Below, in pieces: positions 48,090 to 60,745 of a DNA stretch of 64,000 nt. The notes beneath the pieces are model-generated. The model saw only the letters and a list, made by a program, of their open reading frames with translations, did no database searches and was not told where the DNA came from. Made by a program: the position numbers and the translations under genes. This stretch comes from Podarcis muralis (taxonomy: Eukaryota): contig NC_135673.1 in assembly GCF_964188315.1 (NCBI RefSeq), positions 32,736,001-32,800,000 on the forward strand. The letters run 5' to 3'. How positions within the stretch are numbered: the first letter of the stretch is position 1; every line of letters starts with the position of its first letter.

Positions 48090-48760
48090 GAAACAGTGGG
48101 AAAAGCCTCAAATTCCTCACCCTATCAACACTAATGGGATCTGATGTACATGATGTACATAAAATAATACCATCTGCATAAAATCCCAGGATGTATTCCT
48201 TTCTGTTAATGGTTACCCCCTTTCCAGCTAAAATTGAGTGTAGACTTCTTGCTAAGGATTCTAAGATTAATGCAAATAACAGAGGTGATAGCCGACAGAC
48301 TTGTTTTGTGGCCAAGAAGACATTTAGGTAAATCTTACTAGCGAGAAGGTAAACGGCGTTCCGTGTGCTGCGCTGGCTCGCCAGATGCAGCTTGTCACGC
48401 TGGCCACGTGACCCGGAAGTGTCTCCGGACAGCGCTGGCCCCCGGCCTCTTAAGTGAGATGGGCGCACAACCCCAGAGTCTGGCAAGACTGGCCCGTACG
48501 GGCAGGGGTACCTTTACCTTTACCTTTTATATTATTTATTCTAATAGTGGCAGACGACATAGCAGAAATTTCCCCTAATGGTTGGGTAAATTTAGGGCCA
48601 GGATTGTGAAAAAATGTATAATCCAAATTAAGAAAAGAAATTGGATGGTAAGATTCTAAGTTTGAGGAGTATGGTTTGGAGATTCCTACGTGAAAACGAT
48701 TGAGAATAGTAGTAATGGGTCCTTTTTGCAAAGATATTTTGCCAACAACGTCTGTTTAAA
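48090..48760 (-). mobile_element. Degenerate L1 reverse-transcriptase fragment, split by a SINE
   Basis: Minus-strand YHPISFLNLDY and TKQVCRLSPLLFALILE...FYADG resemble L1 RT motifs, with substitutions. Confidence 0.7.
48334..48526 (+). mobile_element. Sauria SINE, subtype A, 5'-truncated
   Basis: 3' half identical in layout to the other A copies, with (ACCTTT)n tail. Confidence 0.85.
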
Positions 48761-49731
48761 GTATGTATTTGCAATTATACCTGTAGGAGTTTTTTGTAAA
48801 TAATTATTAATTTTCTCTACCAATTCATGCCTTCTATGTTTACTGTTCTTGTTCTGTCCATTAATTCGATCTCCAGCAAGTTTACCTAAGTTCCAGCTCT
48901 GGAACCTTCTTAAAACTATTAAAACATTAGGGAAATATAGCTTGAAGCATGCTCTATTTGAACAGCAGAGAGTAATGCAGCACCTCTGTGGGTACAGAGT
49001 ACTTTATACCACAAGCATAATAAGCAAATATATTTCAAACATTTTAAAGAAATAAATGTGGGAGTATATTGAATCAACCTTAGTTTTCAAACAACATATG
49101 CCTGTCCCCTGGTGCCTTCTTTAAGAATGCATTTCCAGCCCGTTCCGGTCCGAATGCTTTTGTTTTCTGTGGAGAAGTTTTTAAAAAGTGTCAAAAGGTA
49201 AATCCTGAAAGATCTTAACTGGGTTGTTGTCTTAGGTTGGGATATTCCTTCCAACTTTCTTAAGAGCGTCCAAATCTCACATTTTTTTTTGAAACAATGA
49301 AAACACATAATAATGTCCCTTGAATAAGCTGGAACTGGGACTGGAACCTTTTGCACATTTTGTCCAAATCCAGAAAGTTGTAAGTGTGAATGGATTTGTA
49401 ATCCAATGTAAAGAGCAGAGATGTATTTAAAAACAAACAAAAACAAAAAACAAAACATTGCTTTTATAGGGACACCATATACGGTATTTCCAAGTTCTTT
49501 AAGGTGCCCCACTAAGCTCGTTTATTGCCAGACATTAGGTCTGTCATGTTGCTGAATTAGCATGTGTTGTCATAGCTGTTTAGATTTGGGAGTCCCCATC
49601 CTCCAACAGTTGGGCGAAGGTACAGCAAAGATTTTTTTTAATGTGTGGTCTGTCTGTTTGCAATATGAATTTGTTAAGTTTTCTTTGTCATTTGGACGTG
49701 TGGATTGGTGCAATACAAACTGGTTAACATT

Positions 49732-49735
<4 letters not shown>

Positions 49736-49771
<36 letters not shown>
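49736..49771. repeat. (AAT)n microsatellite
   Basis: Direct read. Confidence 0.95.
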
Positions 49772-49772
<1 letters not shown>

Positions 49773-50554
49773 TTGGAACAATAAACATTTAGTTGCAATC
49801 AGCTGGTCCATAAAATTTTATAATATGCCCTATCATTTATTTGTTTAAAATATGCTGGAGCCTGGATAGCTCAGTCGGTTAGAGCATGGTGCGGATAACA
49901 CCAAGGTTGCAGGTTTAATCCCTGTATGACAGCTGTTTATTCATGCAGTTCAGGGGGTTGGGCTAGATGATCCTCAGGACTGCTTCCAAGTCTTAAATTC
50001 TCGGATTCTCTTGATTGTTATTCTTATAGTTTACCTTATACATTTAGTGGTACTGGAGTGCCCTCTACTGTTGAAAGAGGACATAAACCACACTGTATCT
50101 TTTAAAGGTTTAAGTTAATTCAACTGCTTTTTCAAACTTGTGACATACTGTATGTAGATTTATTATAGAAGTAACTGAACGGCAGAATTATAGCAAAACT
50201 GTGCAAAGCTTAGACTAGTGAAGGACACTACTGATTATTTGCCAAAATAAGTACAGGTATTAATTACTTTAAATGTGAAGGGGTTAGGAGAGCCAATAAA
50301 ATGTTCAGAATGGCAAGTGATTTGTTCAAAATGGACATATAGTCTTTTTGCAAAAAACACATAAAACAGATTTTTTTTAAAAAACACAACGATTCATTTA
50401 TGTTCCGATTAAAATCACCATCAGTTATTAACTCATTTGAGCTTTTTTTCCCCTTTCCATTTTGGCCACAGGGTTCCCCCCACCCCCAGGAAGGGTAATT
50501 GGCAGTGGTAAATGCTAGTGTGATACTGTGTTCCATTAACAATGCCTTTATTGA

Positions 50555-52480
50555 TGCAGATGACCTAGTTCTGACATTACAGGAGCCGGAATCTAGTACG
50601 AAAAATGTATTACAACTGATACAAAACTTTGGTCGAGTGGCCGGATTTAAGCTAAATAAACAAAAAACTAAGGTGTTGGGGAAGAACTTGACAGATACTG
50701 AGTTGGAACGGTTTCAGAAAGAGACAGATTTAAATGTGGTTAAAAAAGTCAAATACCTAGGGGTAAATATAACAGCAAAAAATCTGAGTCTATTCAAAGA
50801 CAATTATGAAAAATGCTGGTCAGAAATTAAGAGAGACTTGGATAGTTGGTCAAGATTAAGACTTTCTTTGTTAGGCCGAATAGCTGCCATCAAGATGAAT
50901 GTATTACCAAAAATGTTATTTTTGTTTCAGACATTACAGATTGTAGATAAGACAGAGTGCTTCCGGAGGTGGCAGAAAGACATATCTAAATTCGTCTGGC
51001 AGGGCAAAAAGCCCAGAATTAAATTTAAAATATTAACAGATGCAAAAGAAAGAGGGGGCTTTGCCCTGCCAGACTTAAAGTTGTACTATGAAGCTGCAGC
51101 TTTCTGCTGGCTAAAAGATTGGCTACTTCTTGAAGATACGGATGTCTTGGATCTGGAAGGTTTTAACAATGCATTTGGATGGCATGCGTATTTATGGTAT
51201 GACAAAGCTAAGATAAATAAGGCCTTTAAGAACCATATTGTTAGAAAATCAGTTTTTAATGTCTGGATAAAATACAAAGACTTACTGGAGAACAAAACTC
51301 CGAGGTGGCTGTCACCCCTGGAGGCCAAGGCTCGAAAAAGAGCCAATATGGAGGCCAACTGGCCAAAATATTGGGAAATACTAGAAAAGGATGGAGACAA
51401 CTGGAAATTGCAGAGTTTAGAAAAGATGAGAGACAAAGTGCGAGACTGGTTACACTATGCTCAGATTAAAGAATTGTTTAAAAATGACAAAAAGTTAGGA
51501 TTCCAAGTGGAAAAGTCAAAGTTAGAAACTGAACTGTTAGAACCTAAGACTAAAGTACTTTCAAAAATGTATAACTTGCTGCTGAAATGGAACACACAAG
51601 ACGAAATGGTAAAATCAACAATGATAAAATGGGCTCAAGACATTGGGCATAATATTATGTTTGAAGATTGGGAAAGGTTGTGGACCTCTGGGTTGAACTT
51701 CACTGCATGTAATGCATTGAAGGAAAATGTGATGAAAATGATGTATAGATGGTACATGACTCCTGTTAAATTAGCCAAAATATACCATTCGTCTGATAGT
51801 AAATGTTGGAAATGTAAGGAAAATGAAGGAACATTTTTCCACCTCTGGTGGACATGCCCTAGAGTGAAGGCCTTCTGGGAGACAATATATAATGAATTAA
51901 AAAAGGTGTTTAAATACACCTTTACCAAAAAACCAGAGGCCTTTCTCTTGGGTATTGTAGGCCAGGGTGTGTTAAAAAAGGACAGAACATTCTTTATGTA
52001 TGCAACAACAGCAGCAAGAATATTGATCGCCAAGAATTGGAAAACGCAGAAGCTTCCCACTGTGGAAGAATGGCAGATGCAGCTGATAGACTACATGCAG
52101 TTAGCCGAAATGACCGGCAGAATTCGAGACCAGGGAGAAGAAAGGATGGAAGAAGATTGGAAGAAATTTAAGACTTATTTACAAAAATATTGTAATTTGG
52201 TTGAGTGCTGAATCGGATGCTAGAGCCGAAAATAACTGTCTATCACTAAATTAGATCTAAGGATGAATTATATGCTAACTAAATCAAGATTATGAGTAAA
52301 ATAATAATTTGTTTGAAACTAATTTAATAATGATGCAAGTGTATGTGGGAGGTGTGGGGGAGTCTTATGTAACAATTGAAAGATGCTAAATGGACAATGT
52401 TGATTTGTGTTTATATAATATATGTTTTATGTGAAAAACTTTAATAAATATATATTTTAAAAAAAACAAAAAAAAAAAAC
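50555..52480 (+). mobile_element. Young 5'-truncated L1-clade LINE with open ORF2 remnant
   Basis: Uninterrupted frame from ADDLVLTL to stop at 52211, including CWKC...HLWWTC; 3'UTR, AATAAA, A-tail; 15-bp TSD caatgcctttattga at 50540-50554 and 52481-52495. Confidence 0.93.
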
Positions 52481-52929
52481 CAATGCCTTTATTGAGACCA
52501 AATTGATGTGTTTATTGTCAGATACAGTTGATTGTCTGGAAACGAAAACCAAGGGTGATAAACCTGATACAGTACCAGTTTCTGAGAAAGGTTGTTCTTA
52601 AAACAGATTTAGTCAAGGAAAGGCATTTGAGATCTGACATTAAGTGTTTGCTGATGACAGTAATCCCCACAGATGTCTGTCATGAAGGTCTTGCTCTGTT
52701 TTGTTCATGCTCTACAAAAATCTTAAGATTTTAAATGTGAAAATGAAAGGAGTCGCTTTGATAAAAACATTGCAAAGGCCTAGAAAGACCTTTCTTCTGT
52801 TGTGTAGATAGGTGGTTTGTTCCTTCCCAAATATCTGTAGTGATGATGTCCTCCTGTACAGTATTTAATATGACCATCATCCTCTCATGCTGGCCAACAG
52901 GCAAGAATGAAATCGCAAGAACCTAGTCC

Positions 52930-53850
52930 TAATCGTTACGCCACACACGGGTATAACCTTTTCCCACGTGCCAGGCACTCAACCCGCCGTGGCAGCCTCA
53001 ACCTCTCCTTTGTCTCTCCCGCTCATCCCTCAGGAATCCTGGCCAAGGGAAGGGGGCGGGGCGGGAGGGCGTGACGTCGCGCGCGCTGCATGAGCGGGGC
53101 GGGGCCCCCGGTTGCTGCTTTGCCATTGGCCGGATTTTACCCCGCCCCTTGGAAAACGCCCGCTTCACTTGTCCAGTCATAAGCTATGGGACGGTCTTGC
53201 GCATTTTATATCACGCGGGTAGCGAAAGCCTTACTCCTCCCCCTCCCTCCCGCTTTTTGGCCTTTGCCGGTTGCCGTCGCCGCTCTTTCTCTCTCCTCAG
53301 CAGGAGCGCCGCCGTGCGAAAGAAAGAGCTAGGCTGCTCTGGGGAAAAGGAGCGGGGCTGGGGGCGTCCCTGCCGGCTCCCGTCCTCAGCCGCAATGTCG
53401 GTCCTGAGCTGGAAGCCGTTCGTCTACGGCGGCCTGGCCTCGCTCGTCGCCGAGTTCGGTGGGTGAGAGGGGAAAGAGGGACCCGGGAGGTGGGTGGGGG
53501 GCCCCGGCCTGGGCGCACGCTCTTGCTTAACCCCGCCCCTTCCCCGTTACCGGGCAACAGGCCACGCCCTTTCTAGGGCCTAGTGCCTTCGGACTGCTGT
53601 CTGGCGCCCGTTAGGAGGCTTTGTCCGGCCCTTGAGGGCTTTTCCTTATCTCCACCCCCTCACTGCTAATGGCGCATCCCGTTTTCAGTTGGGTCCATAC
53701 CACTCTGCCAGAGAAGGGGGGTGGGGAAGCCTCGGCGGGGTGAGGGGGTTTTAGGACAGGGGAGATCACCTGCTTCGCATCTCCACCTGCCGGCGAAGCT
53801 CGCAGGGTGACCTTGGGCCACTGGCGCGCTGTCAGACCAGCCTACCTCGC
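52930..53850. promoter_or_regulatory. CpG island / promoter of SLC25A14
   Basis: GC boxes (GGGGCGGGGC), CRE-like GTGACGTC at 53071-53078, inverted CCAAT at about 53124. Confidence 0.72.
53395..53458 (+). CDS. SLC25A14: SLC25A14 first coding exon
   Basis: MSVLSWKPFVYGGLASLVAEF(G); donor G|GTGGGT. Confidence 0.9.
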
Positions 53851-55074
53851 AGAGTTGTTGTGAGGCAAAAATATATCTGTTGATGGAGGGAGAAAACGAG
53901 GATCCGAATGTTAACAACGGGTGGTCATTGCAAGGGTGGCTTATTGGAAATGGAAAGAGAAAGGGGAAGATGGGGAACGTGGGGGGTGGGGACGGACAGT
54001 ATGATGTAGGGGTTAAAAGTTCTGAATTAGAACTCAAGGAACCGAGGTGCCGGTGAAGCTAAGTGGATGACCTTGGGCCTAGCACTGTCACTTGGCCTAG
54101 CCTACCTTGCAGGGCTGTAGTGGGGGTGACAGAACCACATACATGGGTCTTGTGACCCTCAGAAGGAAGGTGGGATATAGAGAGAAGCCCCTATGTTGCA
54201 GGGCCTCATTTTTCATACTAGTTCAGGCGAGAAGTTGGTTTGACTCCTCAGCACAAAAGCTCTTGGGGTGACTTTGTTCGCTATACGTTCACTCTACCTA
54301 TGTGTTGTGAGGGTGAAAATGGAAAAGCAGGATATTTTATGCCAATCTGCACTCCTCAGAGGAAGAGTCGCAAAAATACACATAAATATATATAACAGTG
54401 GATGACTGGGGTCCATGGGTTGTTCCTGACTTCTTAAATATTTTAATTGTAAAAGCAATTAAATGTCCTTGTGGCACCTTAAGGAGTAAGTAGATTTATT
54501 TGTGACACATGCTTTTGTCAATTGCAGACCGCTTTAGCTGCATGAAATGTTATCACATCTATGTGTATATGCATACATCATGCATGTACACATTGCTTTG
54601 TGTTTCTGTATGATAATTTATAAATTGCCTAGCGTTTTCTAGGTGCTATGCAAAGATTTAAAAGCAAAACACAGATCCCGTATGTACACTTAAAGGCTAG
54701 CAGACATGTTTCAAAGGGGAAATGATAGGGAAGGAATAGAGAAAAAGCAAATTCAGGTATTAGTTCTTCATAGTTGCATAACTGTTCCATAAACAAATGA
54801 AACAGCCACTGAAAGAGAGTTATCAGAGAGGAGGAGCCAAAAGACAGTCACAGCAGAGATGATGAGGTGGGCCTTCCTGTCTTCTCCCTTACAAATCAAG
54901 TGTATAATGTATCTTACTGACATCCATAAATCACATGTGTGCATATAGACAGAGTTTTTAAGGTATCAAACAGCACTTCAGCTCTGGTTCTTGATAGGAT
55001 GCAATTAAACACTAAGTTCATTAATTTATTTACAGTGAATAACAAAACAGATTAATTCCTTATGGCAAAATGTA

Positions 55075-55321
55075 CAGTGGTACCTCGGGTTAAGAACTTA
55101 ATTCGTTCCGGAGGTCCATTCTTAACCTGAAACTGTTCTTAACCTGAAGACCACTTTAGCTAATAGGGCTTCCCGCTGCCGCCGCGCCGCCGGAGCTGGA
55201 GCATGATTTCTATTCTCATCCTGAAGCAAAGTTCTTAACCCGAGGTACTATTTCTGGGTTAGTGGAGTCTGTAACATGAAGCGTCTGTAACCTGAAGTGC
55301 ATGTAACCCAAGGTACCACTG
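55075..55321. mobile_element. Tc1/mariner-type MITE
   Basis: ta|cagtggtacctcgggtta...aacccaaggtaccactg|ta. Confidence 0.85.
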
Positions 55322-55784
55322 TATTGGTTTCTGCCTTCTTGAGCTGTTCAGATATGACTCAACAGCGTGCTGTAGCTCAGTTGGCAGTTATTGAACCCTG
55401 GAGAATTGTACCAATCACTGTAGACAATGCTGAGCTAGATGAACGAATGTTTTGACTATGTATAAGGCAGCTTCCTATGTTGCTTCTAATGCCTTAATAA
55501 ATTGGTTGGTCTTTAAGGGTGCCACAAGACCCTTAGTTGGTTTTGGTGGAGTGTGGGAAGCAGATGGGAGAAATACTTATCTGTTTGGATGGATTAGTTC
55601 AGTACAGGCAATACTTGTGCTTTGTAGGAAGAAATAAGTCAATGAACTTGATTGCATCCTAGTCAAATATGTAAATTATTACAGAGCGGCTAGTGTTGGC
55701 ATGGATTTGGGGCAGGGTTGACCAATCAGCATCCTTCTCAGCCCTCACTTTGGTGTCTGAAGTCTCTCTCTCTTTTTCTTATAG

Positions 55785-55932
55785 GGACGTTTCCTGTGGA
55801 TCTCACCAAAACACGGCTTCAAGTCCAAGGCCAAAGCATTGATGCCCGTTTCCGAGAGATCAAGTATCGGGGCATGTTCCATGCCTTGTTTCGTATCTCC
55901 AAGGAAGAAGGCATTCTTGCACTCTACTCTGG
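55785..55932 (+). CDS. SLC25A14: SLC25A14 coding exon 2
   Basis: [48 protein letters not shown](G). Confidence 0.95.
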
Positions 55933-56143
55933 GTAAAGCGCTGTCCTTTATGTACAGTAACCACACAATGCTTGAGGCATCTTCCCCATCCTTTAAATTG
56001 AGGGTTCAGAACCTGTAGATAGCAAGAGTCAAAACTGTATACTGTAATTGGAATGCTAGGGGAACTCAGCCAAAAAACCCCAAGGAGGAGTGATGCTCCT
56101 GCTTTGCTGAGTGAAACTTAACTGTCTTCTTCCCCCACCACAG

Positions 56144-56238
56144 GATCGCTCCAGCCTTGTTAAGACAAGCATCTTATGGCACAATAAAGATTGGTATATA
56201 CCAGACTTTGAAGCGACTTTTTGTGGATCGATTAGAAG
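56144..56238 (+). CDS. SLC25A14: SLC25A14 coding exon 3
   Basis: [31 protein letters not shown](D). Confidence 0.95.
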
Positions 56239-58238
56239 GTTAGTTTGCCAAGAAAACAGTGTGTGCCTTTTTTCCTTAATCTATAGGGCCATGTATATTG
56301 ATGATGCCATACTATAAATAATTTATCTGGTTTGGGCTTCCTCTTTTATGTCTCTGGCCTCAAATCCCTAAGGTGGACAAAAGGGCTGCATCAATCCACT
56401 TCAAATAGATGATGGAACTGCACCCAAAGGTGTTCTAGAAAGACTCAACATATTTCAAGTTATAAAGTTTACTCCTCAGGAGTAGCTTTATTTTTTACTT
56501 CTCTTCTTTCAAGAGAGAATGAGCCACATTTCTCTCCACTTCATTTGCTGTCTTTGACATTTTCTACAGCATCTTTGGATGCAATTGCTCTTGTCGGTCA
56601 TAATTCACGTTTTTTAAAAAAGTTCTCACTTAATGTTTGTTTATCAGTGGCTACTGTATGAGATTGGGCCCTTTGGTGTAGGTATACTAAGCTAAGCATG
56701 CAGGGATGGTTGTATTACATACATACATAATTTCATTTGTATGCCGTCTTTCCACTGTTCAGGCCATGCTCAAGCTGGCTTACAATATGAAAAAATACAA
56801 AACTGCAACATTACGAAAGTAGTAATAAACAAAAAAATAAAACCAAACTGAACACTTTCCACATAAATCACAAGATGTAAAATAAAGATACCCCCCCCCA
56901 AAAAAACCCCCACCCCAAGCAACACCCCAGCCTGAGATCTGTTCAGCAGCTTCAGCTTTTGTAGCTGGAGTCAGTTAGGACCTGGGAGTCCCAGACCGGG
57001 TGGAAAAAGCTTGCAAGGCAGGGAGCAGGTCTTTCAGGTCTCACAACAATATAAGCATGTGAAAGGGCTCATGTATACATGGACTAATCCCACCCTCTGG
57101 ATACGGGCATGCATGGTTGACATGCACTACTACCACAGCCAATGCACAACTGACATCAGTCTGAAAGGACTTCTGTGCATACATTTATGCACACACATAG
57201 ATGCACTACAAATAGCACCTGCTATTCCTGGAGTCTGGCAAAACTGGAGTGATACTTGAGTGTTGGGGGAAGAGATGCTTTTTACTGGAGGTAGGTGAGG
57301 TATTGTAGCCAGTCATGCTGTGATTTTCATTCAAACAACTGGCTGTTACTTAGCTTCATCTTGGTCCATTTCCTGGCAGCCTCTCTAGTACTTCCTGCAA
57401 TTCAGAATCAAGTTCCTGGGCAGCACTGTCCTCTTGCTTTCCTTTTGGAAGCTTGGAGCTTGGTACTGTTGTTGTTGTGGACTCTGATTAAGCTGGTAGC
57501 CCTGCCACTCCTGGGCTCCTGATGGAGAAAGCATAGCATAGCTTGAGTTCCTCTAGTACTTGCAACTGTAGAATGTAACATAACTTACTAGAATCCAGCA
57601 ACATGCCTCCTTGTCTCTTGGCTGCCCAACACAGTTGCCTCTGTCTATGCCTGCCACATGTGGTGTGTCATGGTCTCTCTGCTTCTGGGTACTATATCCT
57701 AAATATTTGTTTCCCTTCAGGCCCCACGCAGCTGTTGACCCGGTCTCCTTTGGAGAGCGCTGCGGTCAGTACCACTGCCCTTCCCAGCATTAACTCTGCT
57801 CTAACTCTTGGCTTTTACTTTCTGAACTAATGATCTAATCTCCTTGGCTGGGGTTTTTTTGGTCTTGGGGATGGCTCTTCTAGGTTTTGGTAGAATCCTC
57901 CCCACCCCCACCATCAAAATTCTTTGAACATTGCCCCTATGGGATTGGATGACATTTCTTTAGACAGATAACTGTCCCAAAGAGCAGGTTAACTGGTAGT
58001 GTGCTCCTGTGCTCTCATTGGTCAAGCTGCAGAAGTACTTTCATTAAAAACCAGAAGTGTCACAAGGCTGTTCTTGGTGCCATAGGCCCAAAAGAAAAAA
58101 AGCTGGAACACTTGGTCTTTATGTAGCATTACATCTTTGTTGTATTTGTTTTTCTTCCTAAAATACTCTCTTGCTCTCCCTCCTTTGGGGTCCATTCTGG
58201 GGTTATAACTTCCTCTCCAAACTCCTTCCTGTTTGCAG

Positions 58239-58324
58239 ATGAAACATTACTACTAAATGTTATATGTGGAGTTGTGTCAGGGGTGATCTCCTCTGCGCTG
58301 GCAAATCCAACAGATGTACTGAAG
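58239..58324 (+). CDS. SLC25A14: SLC25A14 coding exon 4
   Basis: [28 protein letters not shown]; donor GTAAGA. Confidence 0.95.
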
Positions 58325-58751
58325 GTAAGAGGGACCTGCCTTTGTGTATATACTTGCTGCTTCCATATGTTATCTCCTTTGGTCCTTAGCCTGTGGAGAT
58401 GCTGTTATTTTGCTTCTACAATCCATAGCACTGCCATAGGTGCTGCTCCATGTTTGTCATACTTTTTGACCACACACGCAGCAACAAAGGGAAGAGACCG
58501 AATACAGTTACACATTAGTGTAACTTAGTTTCACTTTTAAATTAGACACGTGAAGACCAGTAGTCCTCAGCCTCTTTTGATGAGCTTTTAACTACAGCCT
58601 GTTATCTTGTTCTAAGAATATTAATGAATTTTTGTATTTAAGATGACGATGGATCCATGCATATTTGGTTTTAATTTGTTTGGGGATTTTTCAGTATGTT
58701 TTATCATTTTTATTTGTATACTGCTTGGAGTATTTCTGATCAAGCAGTTTA

Positions 58752-58978
58752 CAGCCATACCTTGGGTTACAGATGCTTCAGGTTGTGTGATTTCGGGTTG
58801 TGCACCACGCCGAACCCGGAAGTACCAGAACAGGTTACTTCCAGGTTTCGGTGCATGCGCAGAAGCGCTAAATCACACTTTGTGCATGCGCAGAAGCGCC
58901 AAATCGCAACCGACACGGTGCTGCGGATTGCGAACTTGCTTCCCACACAGCTCACGTTCGCAACCCGAGCGTCCACTG
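58752..58978. mobile_element. Tc1/mariner-type MITE, diverged
   Basis: ta|cagccataccttgggtta...aacccgagcgtccactg|ta; internally palindromic. Confidence 0.7.
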
Positions 58979-59708
58979 TATATACTTTAAATACAGTAAG
59001 CCCACAATTTACACGGTGGCTACATTCCAGGGATCACCCCTAAAGCCAAAATCACGTATAGTCAAAAGCCATTGAGTTCAGTGGGTGGCCATGATTGCCA
59101 AAGTTAATTTCCCCAGAACACCACCCCCTTTCCACCTCTTTTTAATTCTTAAAATATTACTTTGCACATAAAGCTGAATGTGGACAAGTTAAATGCGCAT
59201 AAGTTGCAGGCTTATTGTAAAACTCATTTTAACCCCCTGCAAGTTATATTTGGCTGTCTTCCTGCTTCTTTCTGTCTTGGGTGATCAGAAGCAAAGGAGG
59301 ACAGCAGTGGTACCTGTACAGAAGAGGTAATTTAAGCAGGTGCTGCTGATATCTGAGGGATGAGAAAACCCACACAATGGTTTAACAGTAGAGGAGGATT
59401 GCATTCCTTGCATCTGGTCACATTTTCTCTCTCAAACCTCTTCCAACCTTAAGCACACATACACAAAAAGTTTGTGGTGGTAATACCATATTAGTTTATA
59501 GCATGACCCACCCATAGGCCCTGACTCACTAGTTCAAGACCAGCCATATACAACAAATGGTTTTGATACCATGCTAGACAGCTGCTTCATTCTTAGATTC
59601 TTGGGTTTATAAGCAGTTTACTTTGGATAGCAGCTCATTCATTACTTTATCGGGAATGTTGATTCATTTCTCTAATTGGGAAGTCTCTTGCTCGTCCGTC
59701 TCTTTTAG

Positions 59709-59804
59709 ATCCGAATGCAGGCTCAGGGCAGTCTGTTCCAAGGAGGAATGATAGGAAGCTTCATAGACATCTACCAGCAGGAAGGCACGCGGGGGCTATG
59801 GAGA
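59709..59804 (+). CDS. SLC25A14: SLC25A14 coding exon 5
   Basis: [32 protein letters not shown]; donor GTAAGT. Confidence 0.95.
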
Positions 59805-60288
59805 GTAAGTGCTTTTTTGTACTCTTTCTTTCTTTCTTTCTTTCCCTCCTTCTCCACCAACTACTTTTCATTGTAGTGCTAGCATCCCATCCATCCATCA
59901 TTTTCTTTTTAAAAGATTCTTCAGAGAACAAACTTTTTGTAGTGAGACTTATCAAGGATAATATGAATTTCTGCATTTTGGTTTCCTAACTTATGTAAAA
60001 ACCACATTGTTTTGGTATAGTGAGTGTGCTGCAGATTGAATTGGCTAATATTCCTAGTTTGCCTTAGTACCAGCATGTATTCCTTAAGTACAGTGCTCAA
60101 ATTACTGGTGTGCAGAGGTGACCTTGCCCGGTACTTTTTCAGATATCCCCATTGTCTACTATTTAGAGAGATTATTGAGGGAAGCCTGATTTTGCTACAG
60201 TTAAAGAGGGGTCGGGGGTAAGTTGCACCCCAACTCTTCTGCCATAGTTTGAGAAGTGACCAGGGTTCTTCCTGTGGTTGTCTTAAGG

Positions 60289-60745
60289 CATGGGTCGGGA
60301 AACTAAGGCACGGGGGCCGGATCCGGCCTGCAGATGGTCAGAGAATCACTGTGGGGATTCTGATCGTTCGGGCTGTGCCATTCTTCCCCCCCCACACACA
60401 CACACACTGTGGCAGCGGCACCTCTTCCCTCCCTCCTCGTGGCTTCTCCCTGCCCTGCCTAGAGAAGGAAGGGGGCTGGGCTTTGTTGAGCCACAGTTGG
60501 CTGAGTGCCATTTTAAGCAGCCCCCGCCCCCGAGCCAGCCCTTCCACTTCGCTCATTGTCCCTCCACTGCCAGCCCCTGCCGCTCGCAAGGCACAGATAA
60601 GCAGCCACTGGGGCTCGTCCAGTGCTGTGGAGAAGGGAGGGGAGAGTCGGTGAGGGGGGATCCCCCCCCCCAATATAGTCTGGCCCCCCACAAGGTCTGA
60701 GGGATGGTGGACCAGCCCCCTGTGGAAAAAGTTTGCTGACCCCTG
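60289..60745. mobile_element. hAT-type non-autonomous element
   Basis: Imperfect TIRs catgggtcgggaaact / agtttgctgacccctg; 8-bp TSD tcttaagg at 60281-60288 and 60746-60753. Confidence 0.85.

Noticed and set aside
43500-50500. GPR119 or another gene between RBMX2 and SLC25A14
   Set aside because: No ORF with seven-transmembrane character or recognisable exons in the ORF track; region is mostly repeats.
50499-50554. Start of the 570-aa ORF as a real gene start
   Set aside because: The first 56 nt are flanking DNA and TSD fused by chance to a 5'-truncated L1 ORF2; start codon is GTG.
53071-53394. 108-codon in-frame extension upstream of the SLC25A14 ATG
   Set aside because: Starts at GTG in GC-rich promoter DNA and shows no similarity to the mammalian extension.
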